Source: Octopus sinensis (taxonomy: Eukaryota). Taken from it: 64,000 nucleotides of DNA. The translations under genes were made by a program, and so were the position numbers. This document shows, piece by piece, positions 12,273 to 24,540 of this stretch. The stretch's first letter is position 1. The number at the start of each line of letters is the position of its first letter. The notes under the pieces are model-generated. The model was given only the letters and a program-made list of their open reading frames with translations. It had not been told where the DNA came from and searched no databases. The DNA lies in assembly GCF_006345805.1 (NCBI RefSeq), contig NC_042998.1, positions 124,806,001 to 124,870,000 of the forward strand, given 5' to 3'.

Positions 12273-12689
12273 AAATGAATATATGTCTATGTGTGGAGGG
12301 GAGTCTTTTGAATATGCAAATAAAGCTCGTATGTCAGTCACGGTCTAATGATGCTGACTGGTGAACAAGTATTTTGGGGTTGCATGGAGCTGTACTGATA
12401 CAATGTAGGATAAATATAGTAATAATAACAATAATCCTTGGATGGAATTTATAAACAATGAAAGAATCGCTATGCTGCGTTTCCACAATTCACATGGCTC
12501 TTAAAATGTCAATCCGTATTCCTGGTATGATCAGAACAGTGGAGGCATACAAGGAAACCGAACGAAAACAAACATGGAGGATCGTTAGACCAGAACGACC
12601 CTCCATAAATCCAAAATTTTATTTTGGTATTTATGGGAGCAATTGTCATCGAAGACTCATATTGTTGTTCAATGCTCGAAATGAGGAGT

Positions 12690-12858
12690 TAATAGACAGC
12701 CGACAACTGATGAAATGTCGTTGTTTGTGTTACTTGTCCTGTTTTCCATTTGTTTCTCTCGTTGTTTGTGTACTGAATTCATTTGTTTTCGTATTTCATA
12801 TTGTTTACTGATGGCGACGTCCTGTACTCATATATGCATATATAGGTACAGGACGTCG
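12690..12858 (+). repeat. Unclassified dispersed repeat ending in GACGTCCTGTAC-CATATATGCAT; related copies at ~23130-23300, ~32585-32900 and ~53870-54000
   Basis: Shared terminal motif and T-rich ttgtttgtg/gttttcg body in all four copies. Confidence 0.6.
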
Positions 12859-13203
12859 ATGGTATACTATCGCTGGATGCCCTCCATTTTCTTCTTGCCG
12901 TATAAATTAAGGGTAAACCACTTTTTACCCTCGCCCATTTATTACGCTCAAAAGTGTATTGCCACGCAACAACCAAGTTTTGTGTATTAATAATTGGATA
13001 AATTACCAGCAGTATATTTGTATAGATACTACCCCTTAGTTGGTTGGATTCACAACCGCTAACTCTGTTTGAATGAAATGTATGTATGTATGTATATATA
13101 TATATATATAAATGAGGGTGAAAAATTTGCTATTAATTTAATAATACCATCCATTTAACACCAAGTGGCTTAGCACATAAAAACCAGGGATACAATACAA
13201 ATT

Positions 13204-13330
13204 TATACATAAATATGAGAGAGAGACCACTATGTGGTCTACCCTAGTGCTAAAAATAAATCCACTATGGTATATCTATACCATAGTGGATCTATTTTTA
13301 GCACTAGGGTAGTGGTCTCTCTCTCATATT

Positions 13331-13338
<8 letters not shown>
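13204..13338. repeat. 135-bp near-perfect palindrome
   Basis: Inner arms 13240-13274 and 13277-13311 (1 mismatch, 2-nt loop); outer arms 13204-13230 and 13312-13338 perfect; 9-nt bulge at 13231-13239. Confidence 0.9.
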
Positions 13339-13373
<35 letters not shown>

Positions 13374-13390
13374 CCTTAACCTTATGTAGT

Positions 13391-13750
13391 ATTATTACGG
13401 CTATCTCTATCAGGATCTCCAGCCTATCAGCAAACGAGGAGATATTTAATGCACGTACCCCATTTTATAATCAAGCCCTAAAATCAAGCGGCTTTCATGG
13501 TCATATTCTCGGCATTCCTGATACCAGATTCAAAATCAAATAATCAGCTAATCTCTCATTTGACATTAATCTTGAAATTACTAACACGATTCCTTCTTTA
13601 AATTATAAAAATATACGAAAGAACTTTAACCATACCAAACTTCATAACATTCATTTTAGTAACTGTACTAAATGTAGGCCCATCTATATCGGAACACCTT
13701 AATGTGGTAACCCACTCTAAATCTAGAAAAAGAGAAATTATTTGGTCGTA
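13391..13750 (+). pseudogene. Penelope-like RT thumb/linker remnant
   Basis: Hand translation IRISSLSANEEIFNARTPFYNQALKSSGF and later KSRKREIIW match the PLE patterns RIS.LS.NEEIF....YY..AL..SGY and RKR.IIWFNPP. Confidence 0.75.
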
Positions 13751-14175
13751 AGAAATATTTTTATGTAACCTAAAATATTTTTTCGACGCCTATTATTTTC
13801 TCTTCACGATATATTTTTTCTTTCTATTTAAAAAAAACGTTTTTTTTTTTATGTACAATCCTGTACTTCATTATATTATTACTATGTTTGTATTTCCATA
13901 TATTTATATGTCCATATATATTTTTAACATTCATACATTTTTATATGTTTATATGTGTTTTGATATGTATTTTTAATATATCAGTATATGTTTTTTGTAC
14001 AATTTTTATCTGAATTAATCCGTATACATATGTGTTCACTGTGGTTTACTTGATTTGAACTTTCTCCATTCCATTTATCATAATTATCTAACGTCTCAGG
14101 CTCTACTTGAGCACTTTTATACGGTCTGTATCTTTCGTTAGGTATATACGTATACACACACACAAAGACACACAC

Positions 14176-14222
<47 letters not shown>

Positions 14223-14230
14223 TTAGCTCC

Positions 14231-14413
14231 GATTCCGGTGGCACGTAAAAAGCACCCACTTCACTTTCGGGGTGGTTGACGTTAGGAAGGGCATCTAGCT
14301 GTAGTAACTTTGCCAGATAAGATTGGAGCCTGGTGCAGCTCACTGGCTTGCCAGTTCTCAGTCAAGACGTCCAACCCATACCAGCTAAACAGACGCTAAA
14401 TGATGATGATGAT
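14231..14413 (+). mobile_element. SINE/RTE-type 3' tail fragment ending in (TGA)n
   Basis: ccggtggcacgtaaaaagcaccc...gtccaacccataccagc...taaatgatgatgatgat. Confidence 0.6.
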
Positions 14414-14512
14414 TTAATTTTTTAATATTATAATGTTACAGTTTGGTTTGTAGACCTGATAAGTTCTTTGTTAACTTTGGTGGGGACATTTTTTAATGAT
14501 AGCTTGTTAACT

Positions 14513-14525
<13 letters not shown>

Positions 14526-14592
<67 letters not shown>

Positions 14593-14680
14593 TATATATA
14601 TATAATATATATGTATATATATATATATGTATATATGTATGTATGTAAGTATGTATGTAAGTATATATATGTATGTATAT

Positions 14681-14739
<59 letters not shown>

Positions 14740-14765
14740 GTGTTTATATATGTATGCACATGTAC

Positions 14766-14800
<35 letters not shown>

Positions 14801-14815
14801 AGTGTGTGTATGTGT
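14526..14815. repeat. Compound (TA)n/(TATG)n/(TG)n microsatellite
   Basis: Direct inspection. Confidence 0.95.
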
Positions 14816-15704
14816 AATTATATATCTTTATTTATAAAGGTATACGTCACGCTTGTATGTACCAGAGGATAGGTTTGCATGTTTATATCTTAGAAATATG
14901 GTATATTTAGATATTTTATAGTCAACACCCAACTGCATTCGTTTTTGACAATTTTGATGTTCTCAAATTCTCGATTTGAAACCTTACAAATTCTAAGTCT
15001 TTACTGTTGTAACATTTTTAGTCAGCAACGGAAGCCAAATAAATTATACGAATAATACTGAAAATAAGATGAAAAGGCTTTAGAATATGTAGCAACATAT
15101 ATTTATATAGAAATATACGTATAACGTCTTGAGTAAATGTGTTTGAGAGTTTCAATGAACGAAAGGACTCTCAAAAACGTCAGGATGAGTGCATCTGTCT
15201 CTGTATTAGAGAGAATGAGAGTTTGTGCTTGTATATGTATTTGTGTGCGTGTGTGTACGTGTGTGTATTCACTGGACATATGATTGATTACCCTGCATAT
15301 CTGTATAAAGCAATGTTTGCACATCTATGTACATACATTCACGTGTATGCATTCATACGTATGGATAGGCTCAGGGGTGATTGTGTAGTAAAAAGTCTGC
15401 TTCCAACCCACAAGACTCTGGAGTCACTCCGCTTATGCGATGATACGATCGACATTCATTCATAACTTCTCTCTACTCTGCATCATCCCTACGTAACCTA
15501 AACACTACACGATAAAGTTGCATGTATTTTATAAACGGAGACCTTGAGATATGATTCAGTGGAGCCATGTCAATCTTGTGACACAAAGTAAATCAAGCTC
15601 TACTTATACTGAGAAAACCTCACCGAACCATACTCTCTCTAAACACGAGCCGCCCTGACTGTCGCGTCGCAAACCGGGCTTCTCAATCATCTAACATCTC
15701 TTCT

Positions 15705-15949
15705 TATTTCTTTACTACCCACAAGGGGCTACACACAGAGGGGTCAAACAAGGATAGACAAATGGATTAGGTCGATTATATCGATTATATCGACCCCAGT
15801 GCGTAACTGGTACTTATTTATTCGACCCCGAAAGGAGGAAAGGTAAAGTCAACCTCGGCGGAATTTGAACCAAGAACATAACGGCAGACAAAATATCGCT
15901 AAGCATTTCGCCCGGCGTGCTAACGTTTCTGCCAACTCGCCGCCTTAAT
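15705..15949 (-). mobile_element. tRNA-derived SINE, family B, full length with a 16-bp TSD
   Basis: Head GGCGGCGAGTTGGCAGAAACG...GGTTCAAATTCC (A and B boxes); TSD ATCTAAYATCTCTTCT at 15689-15704 and 15950-15965 (1 mismatch). Confidence 0.9.
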
Positions 15950-16544
15950 ATCTAATATCTCTTCTGGGGAAAGCACACGCTTATCATTGCAGAGGGCACA
16001 TCCCAAAGACTGGCTCCTTTATTAACAACCTCAAAATTTTTCAACCTATATAAGCTGCCAGCATTCAACAAGGCCTGAAACGGAACACAACACTCCAAAT
16101 TTGAGAAAGAGCTGCTGCTACACAAAGGGACATCCTAAACCTGCATGCAACAGCCAGTCGCTGGACACACTCCAGTCTCTTACTCGGGCGTGTTTTCTTC
16201 TCGCTCTGTCGTTTTTACTGCCTTCTGTAATGCTCCCCCGTCCCACAGAACTGGTTGGTCCCTTACCTTCACCATCCTGGCACACTCGTCTCTCCTCTAC
16301 TCATCACCCATGTTATGTCCAAGCCACGCATTAACCAATGTTTCTATATATTTTTTTCTCTTCCCAGAACATCTTTTAGAATTTTGTTCCTACTCATATC
16401 ATATCTTTCCTGACAACAATATGCTTACTGGTTTGGAAAGTTATGTGTATTGTCCGATCGTTGAAACCCAGCAATTGTATGAGAGAAAGTGTGTGTGTAT
16501 GTGTTTGTTTGTATGTGTGCGTGCGTGTGTGTGGGTGTGTGTGC

Positions 16545-16621
<77 letters not shown>

Positions 16622-17473
16622 ATGTGTGTGTACACTATTGCGTGCGTTTGTGTGGTGATGTTTCTAGGAATTGATATATGTTTGTATAAATGCAATACAG
16701 AATTTATATATCTCGATTAACTCATTCAATATATAGAATAATACTTCACCACATTTTGCTTCCATTCCTTAGTTTATTAAACGTTAATAGAATGGTAATT
16801 AAAACTTTCTATTAATGCCATTAAAACTTTTCAACAGCGCTCGTAAAGTATTCTCGAAAACTTTCCAATAACTTTTAAACGTTTATTAATCATGATGTTG
16901 GATCAATCTATCTTCATTGAATCGGCTAATTTTCGAAACAATGGGCAGTTTTACGGATCAGTGGTTCTAACAATTCGAAATATTAGTTCATTGGTCGTCT
17001 TCTGTTTATTCAAACACACCACGCTTCGATCTGTTGCCAATTAATGTATTTTCCCAATGGTTAAATTGCACATTCCCTAACTGACACAATAACCAATTAT
17101 CCTGAGAATTTATTCGTAATTAACATAAACAATTTTATCTCTCAATCATTTATTCTCAACCATCCAATTTTCTAGGATTTATGTAACAGACACTAACATT
17201 TTCCTCTAATATAGTTTTTTGAGGGCTTTGTTTTATATTTTTGTGCTGTATTGTTTGGCGTTTACAAAGAGGATGCCCGTGTGCTAAATTTCTTAAGAAT
17301 AGTTTGAAAATAATAGGCAATTATGCGAAGTAGTATGAAATATTTTCTTTTCCATCCTACTTCATCTTTATCTTACTCTCGCGCGATCTTCACTCTCTCT
17401 CTTTCCCTCTCTCACACATGCACTATATATATGTATATGTACTTGGAATGGATACGTGGCGTTCAATTAAATA

Positions 17474-17546
<73 letters not shown>

Positions 17547-17575
17547 TATAAATATCATATATATATGCGCATATA

Positions 17576-17623
<48 letters not shown>

Positions 17624-17688
17624 TATATATAAACAGAGAACTTAACACCCACACACAAATATAAACATATAAACATATACGTGTGCAC

Positions 17689-17773
<85 letters not shown>

Positions 17774-18082
17774 GAAGAGAATTAGATATGTTGGGTGGAA
17801 TGCATATATGTATGTGTGTATGTAAGGTGATATATAGAAGCGTTTCTTTTTTCCTTAGAACACTATGCACCTTTGTTTTTGAGTTGTATGTCGCAGTTGC
17901 TTGAAGAAAATTTTCATACCACAATATTTAATCGAATATTTGACTCATTTTTCTGAGCAATACAGTTTACAAGATTTATATAATTCTTAATTATTATACG
18001 TTTTATGAATATCACAACCCGTCTTTGATTTTGTAGATACACACACATACAAATATATGCATGTGTGTGTGCGTGCGTGTTC

Positions 18083-18870
18083 GGATTGTCTTTACACAGG
18101 AGGCATCCGGACTCCCACCTTCGCCGTGAAGAGGAATTAATCTTCTGTCATCGCTCCTTTGCGCCATATGGGCTCAACATCCCTCCTCTCTTCACTTCCA
18201 CGTACCTCTCCTCTCTTCGTCTGACACCTACGTCCTCTCTTCACCCCTACCTCGTTCTCTCTTCTTTGATACCACTCCGCCCAACACACACCCATCCTAC
18301 ACTCCCACCTCTACCCCTTACTCACATCCCCACCTCACACACCCACATCTCTACCTCATAGACCCACATCCCCACTTCAAACACCCCACACACACACATC
18401 TCTATTCCACCCACCCCTACCCCACATTCCAACACACACACACCACCCTCGCACCCCACACCACCACACTACCACACCACATCACACCGCCCCACATCAC
18501 TCCACACGTACTAACACTCACCATTCCCTAGCACCCACATCACCACACCATCATCCGCACATTCACACAGCATCCCATACCTACAGGTTACAGATGTACA
18601 CACACACGCACACATCCACACACATCAAAGCCACTTCTTTCAACCTCTACTGTCAAACCATATTTTTCCAACCCCTCGTCATCCTTGTTTACTAAATCCA
18701 CAATTTTTTTTTGTTCTCTCAGTTTATTTTCTCATATTCCTTTTCTGTTGGAGAGCATATGCTCGAAACGTAAAATACTTTTTTCACTTTCCCGAACGTC
18801 AAACTAATACGCCTGCTTGTTGTTCATACACCTGTCTTCGTCTTTTTTCTTGTAAATTTCAACTACATAT
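18083..18870 (+). mobile_element. Penelope-like element 3' end: GIY-YIG C-terminus, C/A-rich UTR and a degenerate hammerhead
   Basis: ORF segment SHLRREEELIFCHRSFAPYGLN matches R...E..LI..L.T..P.GLN; HHR-like CTGTTGGA-GAGC ATAT GCTC-GAAACGTA at 18745-18772. Confidence 0.65.
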
Positions 18871-19896
18871 ATATATGTGCATGCGTACACATAAATACAC
18901 ACACATATACATAAATTTACATATACATTCACAAAATTATATATAGACAATTAATTTACAAATATATGTATGTACATATGTATCACACATACAAGATGTA
19001 TACATGTGTGTGTATGAATGTATGCGCGTATGTATGAATGAAATATATATGATGTAATCATATCACGTTCCAAACACTTATTCTCGTTCTATGTGGGAAA
19101 ACAAATATCAAGCCAAGTTAATACAATTTACAGACGTGCAGTGTTTTATCTGAATCATGTGCTGTCTGGATTTACTTTTATGACAGACGCAGTAGAGTAA
19201 ATATATAAATCTTCGTGTCTGCGGCCCGGTTTCGATATCGAGTTGTCTCTGTTTCATATCATGTTCGCCAATAATTCATTTGGGAAAGAATGTAATGTCA
19301 CATTTACCAATCTCTCTGCCTTTAAAATCAACTATACTCATTACTCACTGTTGGATACCGTTAATTAAGAGTAATCAATCAGAAAGAAATGTATTTAAAA
19401 TTTGATTATATTTATGTGTATTATCAGTTACCATATTACAAAAGTCTGATAATATACTGCATTTAATCTGGTCCTCAGTTATAATGCGTCATTCCCATTT
19501 AACAGAATGGAGTCTGTGTCTATTTTCAAGGAAATGAGAAGCACTCATTGAAACATTGAAGCTTTCTTCTAGAAACGAAGTTGACGACAACAAATATTTA
19601 CAACAATATGTACGTGAAAATGAGTGGGGATGCCTGTGCACATAGTCTTTGTATGATTGGCAATACTCATGTGTATCTGTACACGTATAAAGTCTGTTTA
19701 CGTGAATGCATGTTTGTGTTTAGATCAATTATTTACGTCATTGAGATAGATGATGTGCTTCAGTTCAGGTCTTAATGTCAGCAGCTATTTCTCACATAAT
19801 TGCAATCTCTCTTTGGCTAATGTATTTGTGCGGTGCACACATTCACACACGCACACATAATGTATCTCTGTATACACGCACGTAAGCGTGTATCTT

Positions 19897-19930
<34 letters not shown>

Positions 19931-19953
19931 CGTGTGTGTGTGTGTACGTGTGT

Positions 19954-20025
<72 letters not shown>

Positions 20026-20869
20026 AACTTTTGAAACAAGAACGCTTGCAATAATAGTGGCTTTTAAACTCTTGATCTTTGCATTTACCTGTCAAGAGCA
20101 ATAATAGTTTTGATATCACGACCTTAAAATCAACTGGAAATAAGAAATATTACTTGAAGCTGATATTTAACTCATCCACTTTTGAAATTTCGATTAATAA
20201 TTCTGAAGATCTCAACCGGAAATTAAACGGTTCGTTCGACCGGAGCAGATTTCAAAGCCGGTATCTTAAGTAAGACAGCATTGCCGTCTTAACCTTAACC
20301 TTAATAACAGGGTTAATCTCTTGTATTCGTTACCGGTTCTCGTAAATCCAAAGTCATTTGTATTTGTAAACGCTATTGGATGCTTGAATAGCTGATGGTG
20401 AGAATCAAATGAGAGTCACTTTAGCACCCTTACGTGTCTCCTAAATGTTGTTAATAGCAACCAACATGATGATTAATACTGATCGGTGACCTGTTGTGCA
20501 TTCATGTGGGAAATGGCAATTTCTTCAGTAAACACAATTTGTAACGAAGATTATTTAAAGAGTGATTATTAAAGGTAGATTGCAATAAATACGTTGTGAG
20601 GCATTCACATATTCTAAGAGATATATTTATTTTCTTCTCTACACACTATCAATACTGATCATATTGAACAATTCTGAACGGTTCATATCTTTTCGATACT
20701 TAGTTTATTCCAGCCTGCAAACACAATGATAAATCATTGGCTGGAGTTTAGTGCTCTCTTTTTTCAATACCATTTTGTAAATGCACAACAACTTATAAAA
20801 CAGATGAGTGTGTAATGATCCTATTTTGTTATTCCACGCCCGTAAAATATTGGTAGTTAATTTGAATCT

Positions 20870-21400
20870 GCATGGAATCCGTTTCCTGGTACACTGGTAG
20901 ATTAGCAGTTGAGGAATGTAGATGTTGTGGTTGTATCATTTGTAATAGTTAATAACCGACGTCCTTATAAAAGTAGAAACATTACATAATACTCTAAATC
21001 GAGCAACCTCCTTATAAGGTCACCATCAAAGTGCCAGAATTTCATTTATCATTATTAGTCTATTTAACTTCTTCAATCCAACACTCATAAATTTCAATAT
21101 AATCTGGAAACGTTTGCCCTCCTCCTTCCAACACAAAATCATTTGATCCTATTTCAGACGAAATCTTTAATTAGCAGTTATTAACCTATTTTTTCTCTGC
21201 CTTAGATATACCCTGTATTCCAACATGCATAAAATCTGCTCCAAAATGCTCATTTCCTTTAAGTCTACGATATTTTTCTTCTCCATTCCTCTAACTTCAT
21301 CTGTTATGCCTGCCCCCTTTCATTTTTGTTAACCTAACTCGTCCTTTCAATCTCATTTTATGTATTTTTCTCTCCTCTTATAATTACTATATCGCTCCTT
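20870..21400 (-). pseudogene. Highly decayed RTE-like LINE 3' region
   Basis: Only weak hand-translated resemblance to LRWFGHV / VEG..GRGRP segments; many stops. Confidence 0.3.
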
Positions 21401-21794
21401 GGTCCCGTGGAAAATACTTAATATATCATTCTTCAGAGTTACATCACTTCAAATTACTTTCCAGTACACGTTACTCATACATACCTTAATGTAAACATTA
21501 ATGGTGTTGATTTCACGAGTATTGTAAGGCATTCCAACATCAAGGGTACGTTGTCAAATTAATAGATATTTTTCGTAAACCTGAATTTGAAATCCAAAAG
21601 AAATGTGCTAACTGACTCTCTCTCTCTCTCTCTCCCTCTTTTCCTCTCTTTGTATAAGTTTATACTTAATAGTAAGGTTGAAAACTAGGGACTGAGAGAG
21701 AGAATGATTTGCCTAGACTTCAACCTTTTCATTAAGTGCAAACTTCTTCAATCAATATAAAACCTGAATATCTTTAGCGTCTTTCTCAACTGAT

Positions 21795-22118
21795 GCTTAT
21801 TTGATCGACCTCGAAAAGCAAAGTTGACCTCGGCAGAATTTGAACTAAGAACGTAAAAACAAACGAAATTCCGCCAAGAATTTTACCCAGAGTGCTAACA
21901 GTACTGCCACCCTCCCACCCGCCTTAAGTCGTTCAAATTTTAATTTCAAATTTTGGCAAAAGGCCAGAAATCACTGGAGAGGGGTAAGCAGTGCTCAAGC
22001 CCGAAGGATGAAAGGCAAAGCCAGCCGCGGCGGAATTTGAACTCAAAACGTAAATATGGACAAAATGCCGCTAAGCATTTTCTCCGGTATGTTAACAATT
22101 CTGCCAGCTCCCCGCATT
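21795..22118 (-). mobile_element. Two adjacent SINE family B 5' portions (21795-21925 and 21990-22118)
   Basis: Both match 15820-15946 (aaaggcaaagt..acctcggcggaatttgaac...ctgccagctc). Confidence 0.8.
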
Positions 22119-22892
22119 AAATAGTACAAATATTAAATTTCATTACATCTGATATTCTTGAAATAAAAATTTTCAAAAACATTGAGCAAAATAATCTAAA
22201 CATAAGGTTGTATATTCTGCCAATTTCTTCCACAGCTTATAGAGTTCTGAATTTCAAGCAGAATATTAGTTGAAAATCCAGTAATCTATAAGAGGGCAGT
22301 AAAATTAGATAAGAATTTAAGAAATAACTCAGCTAGCTGAGACATGTATATTTTGCTGACTTATATTCTAAATAAATTGCTTTAATATGTTCTTACAAGC
22401 TTTCTCTTTAACAATAAAAATTGAAATTCTACTTAGCAACTTAAATTTAATATTTATTTTAGTTCTCATATAACTGATAGCTGTTAATAAATAATGAAAT
22501 ATGATTGCGTTAATTTGATAAAAAAATCTTCTACTTAATGCATCACTGGTGCACCAATGACGAATTCCTCTCCACCTAATTCGAGACAACAAGGGAACGT
22601 GTACGTAGTTCGACATTCTTAAAAAAAACGGCCAAAAATCTCTCTTGTAATTACATCCCACCGTTTAAAAAATAAAGGCTGACTTTTATATGGTAATTTT
22701 GTACATACTGCCAGAAAATAGTTCAGGAGAATTACGGCTAGAAATCTTTAGGTTCACTGGATTAAGCCTGATTATTGCGTCTTTTAGCTTGGTTAACTTA
22801 TATTTTAAATTTTTATTTTTCTAATACGCTTCACTTTTTATACATTTATGTAAATAAGTAGCCTTGAAAATTTTAATTGTCAAACACAGTTT

Positions 22893-22997
22893 CGGTTCAT
22901 CACTTTAATTCATTTGTGGCACAGGTTTGGTTTCTGAGAATGGGATTTAACCTCAGAAACCAAACCTGTGCTACAATTGAATTAAAGAGATGAACCG
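22893..22997. repeat. 105-bp hairpin (46-bp arms, 13-nt loop)
   Basis: Arms 22893-22938 and 22952-22997, 3 differences. Confidence 0.9.
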
Positions 22998-23312
22998 GAG
23001 ATATTAAAGGTATATTTATATATATATAAAGATAAAACTTACTTGGAAAAGGATGCGTGGCATTCGATCATATAATATATAAATATATGCATATATACAT
23101 CCATATATGTACATACCTACATCTATATGTATATATGCATGCATATATAAGTACAGGACATAAGAAAACGTTGAACACAATGAGAAACGAAAACATAAAA
23201 ACAGCAACATGGAAACGAACTTTTTTTCAAACAACGAAAAAACATTACAAGACATACAACACAAGGAATATTCCCCTTCTTCAGTTGTCCATGTTTCGGA
23301 AAAGTCTTCAAA

Positions 23313-23355
<43 letters not shown>

Positions 23356-23358
<3 letters not shown>

Positions 23359-24540
23359 TGGTTGGACAAATAATGGAAACACCTAGCATCATAATTTGAA
23401 ATATCTATATAACAGTCAAAAACGTGTTTATTTTTATGTTTTTTATTTATTATTAGTGTTACTTAATATGTTTTGCTAAAATTGCTGTTTCTTTTCAGAT
23501 ATCATAAGAAAAATGTAATTAAAATTCATTAAAATGACAGATCTATCGGACTTTCAAAGACATCAATTGTATGGCAGGCACTAGCGTAACGAAAACACCC
23601 GAAATGTTTGGTGTATCAAGAAGTACTGTCTCGATATTAATGGCAGCCTTTGAGAAACAGCGAAAAAGCCCCTCGTTGAAACAAAACTCCGGAAGAAAAC
23701 CAAAACTTTGAGATAGGGACTGTCGGACTCTTACGCGAATTGTTAGAAAGGATCACAAAAGTTCAACTCCCAAAATTACTACAGAGATTGATGGTGACCT
23801 CGACAAACCAATTTTCACATAAACTGTTTAACGGGAGCTGCACAAAGCCGGATTTCGCGGGAAGGCTGCAATCAGAAAACCGCTACTTTCAAAATCAAAC
23901 GTCTCAAAGCGTCTAGAGTAGAGTAAAACCCTACAGAATTGGCCTCTAGAGTAGTGGAAGAATGTTATTTTCTTGGACGAGTCATCCATTACCTTATTTA
24001 CAACCACCGGCCAGGTATACGTGTGGATACAGCCAAAAGAAGCATTTGACCCAGACTGCCTCAGACTTAAACATGGAGGAGGATCTGTGATGATCGGGGG
24101 GGGGCTATATCTTGGAAATCCGCTGGCCCAATGGTTTCCCTTCAAAGTAGAATTAATTGTCAAGACTACTAAAGCATTTTATCTAATCAAATTCATCCTA
24201 TGGTTGCAGAACTGATTCCAGAGGGAAACGCAATCTTTCAGTGACAATGCACCAATTTACACAGCTAAAGTTGTTACTGAATGGCACGAAGAACATTCTA
24301 GCGGAAGTTGAACATCTTACCTGGCCACCACAGTCCCCAGATCTCAATATTATTGAACATTTATGATGCATTCTAGAAAAACAAGTGAAGAGTCGATATC
24401 CTCCACCATCATCACTACAAGAACTAGAGACGGTTTTAGCTGAAGAATGGACAAAAATTCCTTTGGAAACAATTCAAACTTTGTACGAGTTCATACCTCG
24501 TAGAATTCCAGCTGTAATTACTACCAAAGGTGATAATTAA
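23356..24540 (+). pseudogene. Tc1 (DD34E) transposon, decayed; left TIR present, right TIR not seen
   Basis: ATG at 23534; MTDLSDFQR...SGRKPKL...RELHKAGFRGKAAIRKP...VIFLDES...KHGGGSVM...DNAP...WPPQSPDLNIIEHL...RRIPAVI; several stops and frameshifts. Confidence 0.9.

Noticed and set aside
12458-12990. Overlapping 117-aa, 91-aa and 65-aa ORFs
   Set aside because: They overlap a dispersed repeat, are compositionally biased and show no domain
16720-17150. Possible very old Penelope RT remnant on the minus strand
   Set aside because: The resemblance is too faint to support by eye; needs tBLASTn or an HMM search
23270-23300. CTGAAGA and GAAAC motifs in the dispersed repeat (also ~32735-32765)
   Set aside because: They are in the wrong order and spacing for type I, with no room for stem I; not called as a ribozyme
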